From NCBI GenBank assembly GCA_020048055.1, contig JAIFNA010000002.1, forward strand, positions 32,023 to 96,022: DNA of 64,000 nt, written 5' to 3'. Positions 39,875 to 47,895 of the stretch are shown one piece after another. This DNA is from Arcobacter sp. Lineage in GTDB: Bacteria > Campylobacterota > Campylobacteria > Campylobacterales > Arcobacteraceae. Made by a program: the position numbers and the translations under genes. How positions within the stretch are numbered: position 1 is the first letter of the stretch; each line of letters opens with the position of its first letter. The notes beneath the pieces were generated by a model, which did no database searches, was not told the DNA's origin, and was given only the letters and a program-made list of their open reading frames with translations.

Positions 39875-40735
39875 TTAAAATTTATATTTCAACATCAAAG
39901 ATGTCACTTTTGTATTCACATCATCTCTATTTTCTGGTAACTCTTTTCCATTTTGATAATTATATTGCATAGCTAAATCAAAATTTGTAAAACTTTTACC
40001 AAAACTAAACATATATGTTTTATCTTGCTCCATAGCATGATGTTGCACCTTGTTTCCATCATCAAGCACAACAAATATCCTTTTACCGAACATAGCACCA
40101 ACTCCACCAAAAAAACCTTGATAAGTTCCATTTACGGCTATGAAGTTTGTTTGATACTCTTTATCTTTAAAAACATAGTTGGCGTATTTATCTCCAATAA
40201 TATTCATGAATTTAGCTCCAAAGGTTACTTTTGCTTGAATCTCTGAGATCTTAAAGCCATTAAAAATTCCAACATCATATTGAGTGACATCAAAAGAATT
40301 GTAATCACTTTTGTAACTATCAAGTACAACACCAAACCCTTTATTGATGCTATATATCCCACCTATTCCATAAATTTTTCCATCGTCTGTTGGTGAAAGA
40401 TTATCTTGTATTACTATATAACTTATCTTTCCACTCAAGTTTTCATTAAAATTGTGTCGAACATTAAGGTTTGATTTGTCCACTTCAAGCTTTGAAGATA
40501 CTGGATGAGCGTTTAAATTTACTTTATCTTTTGAAAAACTTCCAGAAATTTGTCCGCTTTGATATTTATAAGACAATGCAAAAGCTTGCTCAACTCCATC
40601 TGTTTTAAATTTTGATTTTTCATAATTTTTCTGACCATACTGATAAGAAATTTGAGTATTAGCACAAAGTACACTTCCAATTAACGAACTCAAAATAATC
40701 TTCTTCAATTCCCCCCCCCTTTTTTTAGCAACCAA
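39875..40735 (-). CDS. Outer-membrane beta-barrel protein with homopolymeric G9 tract at its 5' end. The track's start is TTG at 40735; an alternative TTG start at 40708 gives MKKIILSSLIGSVLCAN.
   Basis: Alternating amphipathic beta-strands and a C-terminal ...LMLKYKF ending in Phe. Codons 6-9 (AGG GGG GGG GAA) are the G9 run. There is no in-frame ATG, and a TATAAT box lies at 40760..40755 on the minus strand. Confidence 0.55.
   Translation of the reverse strand: MVAKKRGGELKKIILSSLIGSVLCANTQISYQYGQKNYEKSKFKTDGVEQAFALSYKYQSGQISGSFSKDKVNLNAHPVSSKLEVDKSNLNVRHNFNENLSGKISYIVIQDNLSPTDDGKIYGIGGIYSINKGFGVVLDSYKSDYNSFDVTQYDVGIFNGFKISEIQAKVTFGAKFMNIIGDKYANYVFKDKEYQTNFIAVNGTYQGFFGGVGAMFGKRIFVVLDDGNKVQHHAMEQDKTYMFSFGKSFTNFDLAMQYNYQNGKELPENRDDVNTKVTSLMLKYKF
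40711..40719 (-). repeat. Homopolymeric G9 tract (C9 on the plus strand) abutting a T7 run, at the translation-initiation region of the OMP gene
   Basis: Plus strand reads ttcaatt-CCCCCCCCC-TTTTTTT-agcaacc. It is the only G/C homopolymer of 6 or more in 64 kb of 28% GC DNA. Confidence 0.9.
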
Positions 40736-40825
40736 GTCGCATTAAATTTTAGGAATTATACAAATAATTTCTTAAGTGCGACTAAGTTGTATTAAGATTA
40801 TTTATTAAGGTAGTGGATTTTAGTA

Positions 40826-41140
40826 TTACTTTTGTGTATCAAAATATTTTACAATGATTTTTTTGTTTGTAGTAACTGCGTACATATAGATAAAGTCTGT
40901 GATTTTTGCACCATTTTCACATAAGATTTGTACACTGAGGAGATTTCCTGATTGAGTAGCATAATAAAGAGCACTATTTCCTTGATTATCTTCTTGGTTG
41001 ATATTAATTGTATGTTTAGACAAAAATTCAACTATTGAAGCATCACCTTTTTTAGCCGCCCCCATAAGTGGTGTAATTCCAAATTCATTTGAACTATTGA
41101 AATCGGCACCATCTTCAAAAAGGCGTTTATATTCTTTCAT
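40826..41140 (-). CDS. Small cytoplasmic ankyrin-repeat protein (about 3 ANK repeats)
   Basis: GITPLMGAAKKGDASIVEFLSKH...NQEDNQGNSALYYATQSGNLLSVQILCENGAKI. Its ATG at 41140 directly abuts the gltD stop (41141-41143). Confidence 0.7.
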   Translation of the reverse strand: MKEYKRLFEDGADFNSSNEFGITPLMGAAKKGDASIVEFLSKHTININQEDNQGNSALYYATQSGNLLSVQILCENGAKITDFIYMYAVTTNKKIIVKYFDTQK

Positions 41141-42508
41141 CTATTTTTTTGTTAGTTTTAAAACTATACTATTTGCTGCATTTTTTCCATCAGCAGCTGC
41201 CCAAACTGCTAAGTCTGCTCCTCTCACACTATCGCCACCTGAATAAATTTTTGGATTTGATGTCTGAAAGTTTTCATCAACTTTTATCCCATTCCATCTG
41301 TCAAGTTCTAAATTTGCTTTTTTTAAAAATTCTGGTAACTCTTGATCAAATCCAAGAGCCAAAATAACAACTTCTGCACTTTCTAAAAATTCACTACCAG
41401 AAACTTCTACAATGCTACTTCTTCCACTTCCATCAGGGGTACTCATAGAAGTTTTAATAAGCTTTACACCATTTTCATCAATACTTAAAGGGGAAACATT
41501 GAATAAAAATTCTACCCCCTCCTCTTTTGCATTTAAAACTTCTTTTTTACTTCCTGGCATGTTAAGCTCATCTCTTCGATAAAGACATTTAACACTACTA
41601 GCGCCTTCCCTTACACTTGTTCTAACACAGTCCATAGCAGTATCGCCACCGCCAATCACAACAACGGTTTTATCTTTTACATCTACAAAAGTTGTTATCG
41701 CTTCTTCAAAGTTTCTTTGTTGAATCCCTGTTAAAAACTCCATAGCAAGATAAACATTAGAATTTTTTTCGCCACCAATATTTGGATATTTTCCTTTTGT
41801 TGCACCAATGCCAATAAAAATAGCATCATAATTTGACTCTAACTCTTCAAAAGGTTTATCTTTTCCTATTTCACAATTTGGGATGAATTGCATACCTGCT
41901 TCGCAAAGCCAATCAATTCGTCTTTGAACTCTATGTTTATCAAGTTTAAATCCAGGAATTCCATAAGTTAAAAGCCCTCCTCCTCTTGAAGCCCTCTCAA
42001 ACATATCTACATCAACTCCTGCACGAAGTAAAAATGTAGCAGCACTAATTCCAGCAGGTCCACTTCCTACAATAGCAACTTTTTTACCAATTTTATTTTT
42101 AGTAAATTTCGGAACCAAGCCATTATCAAATCCAGTTTCACTTATGTGAGTTTCTATTGCTCCAATAGTAATGGCACCATGTGTGTCATTTAAAGTACAA
42201 TCACCTTCACATAAAACTTCCTGTGGACAAATTCGACCCAATATTTCAGGAAATGGTGAAGTTTCATTTGATATATTAAATGCAAGTTCTAAATCATTTT
42301 CTGCCGTTTGTTTAAGCCAAGCAGGGATTATATTATGAAGTGGGCATTTGTTATGGCAATACGGATCACCACAACCAATACATCTTTCAGCTTGTTCGCT
42401 TGCTTTGTTTTTGTCAAACACATTATAGACTTCACCAAAGTCTTTAATTCTATCCATTACCCCTCTTTTTGATGGGTTATTTCTATCTATTTTTGTAAAA
42501 TTTAACAT
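41141..42508 (-). CDS. gltD: Glutamate synthase small subunit (NADPH)
   Basis: Fe-S Cys cluster near the N-terminus (CIGCGDPYC...C), FAD/NAD Rossmann sites (VAIVGSGPAG, VVVIGGGDTAMD). Confidence 0.9.
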   Translation of the reverse strand: MLNFTKIDRNNPSKRGVMDRIKDFGEVYNVFDKNKASEQAERCIGCGDPYCHNKCPLHNIIPAWLKQTAENDLELAFNISNETSPFPEILGRICPQEVLCEGDCTLNDTHGAITIGAIETHISETGFDNGLVPKFTKNKIGKKVAIVGSGPAGISAATFLLRAGVDVDMFERASRGGGLLTYGIPGFKLDKHRVQRRIDWLCEAGMQFIPNCEIGKDKPFEELESNYDAIFIGIGATKGKYPNIGGEKNSNVYLAMEFLTGIQQRNFEEAITTFVDVKDKTVVVIGGGDTAMDCVRTSVREGASSVKCLYRRDELNMPGSKKEVLNAKEEGVEFLFNVSPLSIDENGVKLIKTSMSTPDGSGRSSIVEVSGSEFLESAEVVILALGFDQELPEFLKKANLELDRWNGIKVDENFQTSNPKIYSGGDSVRGADLAVWAAADGKNAANSIVLKLTKK

Positions 42509-42512
42509 TTGA

Positions 42513-45500
42513 TTAGTCCCCTTGGTCTGGATTTAGAGGTAAAACTTTCATATCTTTTGGCTTTACCATCCAGAAATTTCTTATTTCTGCTCTAAAATTC
42601 TCTAATATCATTTTTGCTTGTTCTGAATCTGTTTCAATTACATAATCTTTTAGTGTTTTTTGTAAATAAATTCGCTCCAACTCTGTATCGTCAGTATCAA
42701 TTCTAAGTGCCTCAATTAACTCTTGATTCATATGATCTATAAATTCTCTATTTTTATCGTAGATAAACGCTAATCCACCAGTCATACCAGCACCAAAGTT
42801 AATTCCAGTTTTACCTAAAATTACAACAATACCACCAGTCATATACTCACAAGCACTATCACCAGTCCCTTCAACAACAGCTATACAACCAGAATTTCTA
42901 ACAGCAAATCTTTCCCCTACACTAGCTCTAACATATAGTTTTCCGCCAGTTGCTCCATAAAGACAAGTATTTCCTCCACCTGTATATTCACTACCTTGAA
43001 GATGTGGTTTTACTATTATTTTTCCACCATTCATCCCTTTTCCAACATAGTCATTAGCAACACCATCAAGAATCAAACCAACACCTTTACTTAAAAATGC
43101 ACCAAATGATTGTCCGGTTACACCTTTTAAATTATATGTTATTGTTCCATCAGGAAGTCCTGCATCACCATATCTTCTTGCTATTTCACCCGAAGTTAGA
43201 GTTCCAAAACTTCTGTTTAAATTTGAGATTATGGCATTGACTTCTATTCGTTTTGATGGGTTTTCAATTGCAGACATAACTTGTGCCACCAAATCATGTG
43301 ATTGTTCATTTTTGTCGTATGGCTCATTTCTAAGCACTTGACACGTATCAACACCATCAAGTCTTCGTAAAATATTTTGAAAATCAAATTTTTTAGCAAA
43401 TTCATCATCAATAACACTTAACAAATCGCTTCTTCCAATAATATCTTCTAATCTTGAATAACCTAATGTTGCTAATATCTCTCTTGTATCTTCAGCTAAG
43501 AAGTTAAAATAAGCTATCAGCCTCTCAACTGAACCTGTAAATTTAGCTCTTAAATCCTCATCTTGAGTAGCAACACCAACGCTACATTTATTAGTGTGGC
43601 AAATTCTTAAAATTTTACAACCAAGAAGCGTTAAAGCTGATGTTCCAAATGCATAACTTTCAGCTCCAAGCATTGCTGCTTTAATAACATCAAGCCCAGT
43701 TTTAAGACCACCATCTGTTTGAAGATGAACCATTCCTCTCAAATGGTTTGCTTTTAGTGCATTATGAGCTTCACTAAGTCCCATCTCCCAAGGATTTCCC
43801 GTGTGTTTGATAGATGTAAGTGGTGCAGCACCTGTACCGCCATCGCTTCCGCTAATAATAATCTTATCAGCATATGCTTTAGCAACACCAGCTGCTATTG
43901 TCCCAACACCAATAGATGAAACAAGTTTTACAGCAACGGTTGCTTGTGGATTTATCTGTTTAAGATCAAAAATAAGCTGAGCCAAATCTTCAATACTATA
44001 AATATCGTGATGTGGAGGTGGAGAAATAAGTGTAACACCTGGTGTAGTATGTCTTAATTTAGCAATCATCCCTGTAACTTTAGAGCCTGGTAATTGACCA
44101 CCTTCACCAGGTTTTGCACCTTGAGCTAATTTAATCTGCAACTCTTCACAATTTACAAGATACGCTGGTGTTACACCAAATCGTCCACTTGCAACTTGTT
44201 TAATTTTAGAATTTTTAATTGTATTAAATCTAGCGGCATCTTCTCCACCCTCTCCACAATTGCTTTGAGCACCTATTGTATTCATAGCAACTGCAATTGC
44301 TTCGTGAGCTTCAATTGAGATACTTCCACAACTCATAGCTGCACTTGCAAATCTTTTAAAAATATTCTCTTTAGGCTCAACTGCATCGATTGATATAGGT
44401 TGCTTATCACTTTTAAGTTCAAAGAAATCCCTAATAAACTTTTTATCTCTAGTTTCAATAAGTTTTTTTAGCTCATTAAAATCACTTACATTTTCATTTC
44501 CAACAGCATTTTTATCATGCATTGCTTTTGTAATAGCTGGACCATAATCGTGATACTCTCCGCCATCAGTATATTTATAAAACCCTCCCATCTCTAAAGG
44601 GAACATTGTTTTATCATCAAAAAATGCTTTATTATGGATTTCACCTATTTTTGCTTCAATATCATCAAATGTAAGTCCACTCAAATCATTTGATGCGTGG
44701 GGGAAACAAAGATTACAAATCTCATCACTTAGCCCAACAACATCAAATAAAGATGAATTTCTATAACTAGCCATTGTAGAGATTCCCATTTTTGACATTA
44801 TTTTTAAGATACCAGCACCAAGTGCTTTTGCACTATTTTTTAATCTATTTTGCAACTCATATGATGATAAATTTTTTCTTTCATTGTAAGAAACGATTGA
44901 AGCGAATAGCATATATGGGTAGATTAAAGATGTACCAAAAGCAAATAATACAGCTGAACTATGTGGATCATAAATCTCACTTGTAACAGCCACAATCGAG
45001 ACTTTACTTCTTAAATTATCAAGTTTTAAATGATTATTTACATAACCAACTGCCATTGCGATGGGGATAATTTTAGATTCATTTGAAACTCCCCTATCAT
45101 CAAGGACAACAAGCTTAACACCGTTATTTATAACAGCATCTTTAATTTGTCCATAAAGATTTTCTAATGCACCTTTCAAGTCACTTTTAAAAGCTGTACT
45201 AAAAGTTTGATTTTTAAAATATTCATCATATCTTTGATGTTTTGTATCCCCAAAACTCACAATTGCTTCAAATTTCTCTTGCATTAAAATTGGGCTTACA
45301 AGTTTAATTCTTTTTGAATGAGCTTCGCTTTCCTCTAAAATATTGTAAGTATTTCCAACTCCAGTATTTAAACTCATAACAATTTTTTCCCTATATGGGT
45401 CAATTGGAGGATTTGTAACTTGAGCAAATTTTTGTCTAAAATAATCTGTAAAATTTCTTTGAGATGTTGAAAAACAAGCCAAGGGTGTATCATCACCCAT

Positions 45501-46949
45501 TGAGCCAGTTGGTTCTTTACCATCAAGTGACATAGGGATTATCATCTGATCAATAGTTTCATACGTAATATTTGCATATTTTTGTCTTTTTGAAATATCC
45601 TCAAATTTATAATCATCAAGCTTAACGAATGTTTGATCTACAAATTCTAAAAGATATTTAACATTACTTGCAAGCCATTTTTCATAGTTTTGAGTCGATT
45701 TTAGATAATTATTAATGTCAGTGTTTTTTAAGATTTTTCCATGTTTTAAATCCATAGCAATCATCTCGCCACTTTGTAATCTCCCTCTATCAATTATCTC
45801 ACTATCATCAATCAAGACTGTTCCATATTCACTTGTGATAAATAATCTTTCATCTTTTGTTATGAAATATTTTGATGGTCTTAAACCATTTCTATCAATC
45901 AAACACCCAATATATCGTCCATCTGTAAGTGATACAGCAGCAGGTCCATCCCAAGCTTCAAACCTAATAGCACTATACTCATAATAAGCTCTAAGTTCAC
46001 TATCCATATATGGTGAATTTTGCCAAGGAGCTGGAACCATAGCTCTTGCAGCTTTAAAGAAATCCATACCATTAACAATCAAAAATTCAAACATATTATC
46101 TAAACTTGTACTGTCACTCCCAACACTTTGTAAGATTGGGAAAATTCTTGCCAACTCTTCATCTGTAAATATTTTAGATTTGATAGCTTCAGTTTTAACC
46201 TCAACATTAAATCTATTTGCTTCAATTGAGTTAATCTCTCCGTTATGTGCAATTCCCCTAAAAGGTTGAGCGAGTCTCCATTTTGGTAAAGTATTTGTTG
46301 AAAATCTTTGGTGGAAAAGTGCAAATGAAATAGCAAAATCTTCATCATTCAAATCTAGATAAAACTGCTTAATAGTTGTAGGCATTACAAGCCCTTTATA
46401 TGCTATTAGTTTAGTTGAAAAAGTTGGAATATAAAAATCTTCATCATCCTTTAGATGATGTTCAGCCTCTTTTCGAGCAAGATACATCATTGCATCAAAT
46501 CTTTTTGAAGAGACAATACTGCTTGGAACAACAAAGATTTGAAGCATTTTAGGTAAAATCGATAGAGCTTGTTTACCTAATGCACTTATATCAATTGGAA
46601 CTTCTCTATTTAAAATAACCTTTAAATCATTTTTTTCACAATAACTTCTAAAAATATCAAATTGTGTATCATTTTTTGCAAATACAAATGCAACACCATA
46701 TTGATTAGGAAGATCAACACCATTTTGTAATGCAATTTTTCGCATGAATTTATCAGGCATAGAGAGTAGCAACCCACTACCATCACCACTTTTCCCATCA
46801 GCAGCAACTGCTCCTCTATGCATCATCCGTTCAAGTGAAGTTATAGCGTCTTCAAGGTTTTGGTGTGTAGCTTTATTTTTTAGATGAGCCACCAAACCAA
46901 ATCCACAGTTATCTTTAAAAGAAGTTAATTTATCTAAATTACAACCCAT
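42513..46949 (-). CDS. gltB: Glutamate synthase large subunit
   Basis: 1478 aa. It starts with the N-terminal Ntn amidotransferase Cys (MGCNLD...CGFGLVAH), has an FMN/3Fe-4S central domain, and a C-terminal GXGXG beta-helix. Confidence 0.9.
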   Translation of the reverse strand: MGCNLDKLTSFKDNCGFGLVAHLKNKATHQNLEDAITSLERMMHRGAVAADGKSGDGSGLLLSMPDKFMRKIALQNGVDLPNQYGVAFVFAKNDTQFDIFRSYCEKNDLKVILNREVPIDISALGKQALSILPKMLQIFVVPSSIVSSKRFDAMMYLARKEAEHHLKDDEDFYIPTFSTKLIAYKGLVMPTTIKQFYLDLNDEDFAISFALFHQRFSTNTLPKWRLAQPFRGIAHNGEINSIEANRFNVEVKTEAIKSKIFTDEELARIFPILQSVGSDSTSLDNMFEFLIVNGMDFFKAARAMVPAPWQNSPYMDSELRAYYEYSAIRFEAWDGPAAVSLTDGRYIGCLIDRNGLRPSKYFITKDERLFITSEYGTVLIDDSEIIDRGRLQSGEMIAMDLKHGKILKNTDINNYLKSTQNYEKWLASNVKYLLEFVDQTFVKLDDYKFEDISKRQKYANITYETIDQMIIPMSLDGKEPTGSMGDDTPLACFSTSQRNFTDYFRQKFAQVTNPPIDPYREKIVMSLNTGVGNTYNILEESEAHSKRIKLVSPILMQEKFEAIVSFGDTKHQRYDEYFKNQTFSTAFKSDLKGALENLYGQIKDAVINNGVKLVVLDDRGVSNESKIIPIAMAVGYVNNHLKLDNLRSKVSIVAVTSEIYDPHSSAVLFAFGTSLIYPYMLFASIVSYNERKNLSSYELQNRLKNSAKALGAGILKIMSKMGISTMASYRNSSLFDVVGLSDEICNLCFPHASNDLSGLTFDDIEAKIGEIHNKAFFDDKTMFPLEMGGFYKYTDGGEYHDYGPAITKAMHDKNAVGNENVSDFNELKKLIETRDKKFIRDFFELKSDKQPISIDAVEPKENIFKRFASAAMSCGSISIEAHEAIAVAMNTIGAQSNCGEGGEDAARFNTIKNSKIKQVASGRFGVTPAYLVNCEELQIKLAQGAKPGEGGQLPGSKVTGMIAKLRHTTPGVTLISPPPHHDIYSIEDLAQLIFDLKQINPQATVAVKLVSSIGVGTIAAGVAKAYADKIIISGSDGGTGAAPLTSIKHTGNPWEMGLSEAHNALKANHLRGMVHLQTDGGLKTGLDVIKAAMLGAESYAFGTSALTLLGCKILRICHTNKCSVGVATQDEDLRAKFTGSVERLIAYFNFLAEDTREILATLGYSRLEDIIGRSDLLSVIDDEFAKKFDFQNILRRLDGVDTCQVLRNEPYDKNEQSHDLVAQVMSAIENPSKRIEVNAIISNLNRSFGTLTSGEIARRYGDAGLPDGTITYNLKGVTGQSFGAFLSKGVGLILDGVANDYVGKGMNGGKIIVKPHLQGSEYTGGGNTCLYGATGGKLYVRASVGERFAVRNSGCIAVVEGTGDSACEYMTGGIVVILGKTGINFGAGMTGGLAFIYDKNREFIDHMNQELIEALRIDTDDTELERIYLQKTLKDYVIETDSEQAKMILENFRAEIRNFWMVKPKDMKVLPLNPDQGD

Positions 46950-47096
46950 TTGTGTACCTTTTTATCGTAAAATTTTCCATTACATAATATTTATTATAGA
47001 CGCGGAATTTACCTAAAAATCAATTAAATATTAATTAAAAAATATGAAAAGATAAGAAGTTTAGCTGAATCGTAGATAACTATTGGGCGATAATTT

Positions 47097-47402
47097 TTAG
47101 TTCAAAATAGCCAATTTTTTATTATAAAAGAAAGTACCAAAAGGTATAAGGGAAGCAATAAAGCCCACAAAAGTAAGCTTAAAACTACCCAATGAAGTTG
47201 TATGAAAATTATACAATGAAAACAAAAACCACACAAAAAGTCCCCCATGAATCATACCAACAATTTTTGTAGCAATCTCAATCCCCATCATATATTTCAT
47301 AGGCATCGCAATAAAAACTAAAATAATGAAGGACCAACCCTCAATATTGCCAACTTTCATCAAAACTTCTTTTGGGTTATTTTCTAAATTAGAATTTTCC
47401 AT
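47097..47402 (-). CDS. DUF3817-family small integral membrane protein
   Basis: GWSFIILVFIAMPMKYMMGIEIATKIVGMIHGGLFVWF matches the conserved DUF3817 N-terminal pattern. Confidence 0.45.
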   Translation of the reverse strand: MENSNLENNPKEVLMKVGNIEGWSFIILVFIAMPMKYMMGIEIATKIVGMIHGGLFVWFLFSLYNFHTTSLGSFKLTFVGFIASLIPFGTFFYNKKLAILN

Positions 47403-47403
47403 A

Positions 47404-47883
47404 TTATAATCCTCTTAGTGTCACACCAAGGTAGATAGCAATAACACCGAGCATAATATTTAAAGGTATCATCCAAATTGAAAGTGGAGCAAGTGTATCT
47501 TTTGCACCTTTTAAATCTCCACTTAAAAATAATTTTTGTGCTTTATTTCTTTTTAGATAAATTAAGATAAAAATTACACTCATTACACTCCAAATTGCCT
47601 CTTTAATATGGACAATAGGAGCTAGCGGTGTACCTTTAAAACCAAATCCAAGTGACATTAAAACAGCGGTTACAAGTAAAATAATAATCGCTGGAATTAC
47701 AAGGTTAAAAAATCTTTTAAGCAAGTCCAACACTCTAGCTAATTTTATTGCTGGCTCATCAATTTTAGCAACTGAATAGTGAACTGCAAATCTAATTGCA
47801 ATCATTCCACCAACCCAAATTACAGCAGAGATTATGTGTAAAAACACAATCAATCCCCCATATATTCCAAAAAATTCTTCCAT
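47404..47883 (-). CDS. HemJ-like membrane protein (candidate protoporphyrinogen IX oxidase, UPF0093 family)
   Basis: About 4 TM helices. FLHIISAVIWVGGMIAIRFAVHY resembles the HemJ signature (HIxxxxxWxGxxxxxxRxFVYH). Confidence 0.35.
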   Translation of the reverse strand: MEEFFGIYGGLIVFLHIISAVIWVGGMIAIRFAVHYSVAKIDEPAIKLARVLDLLKRFFNLVIPAIIILLVTAVLMSLGFGFKGTPLAPIVHIKEAIWSVMSVIFILIYLKRNKAQKLFLSGDLKGAKDTLAPLSIWMIPLNIMLGVIAIYLGVTLRGL

Positions 47884-47895
47884 ATCAAACCTTTC

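Noticed and set aside
44792-46807. Several 60-90-aa ORFs on both strands within the gltB region (44792-44986, 45715-45984, 46100-46348, 46622-46807)
   Set aside because: All are embedded in the 1478-aa gltB coding sequence, which has continuous, motif-rich homology. They are shadow ORFs.
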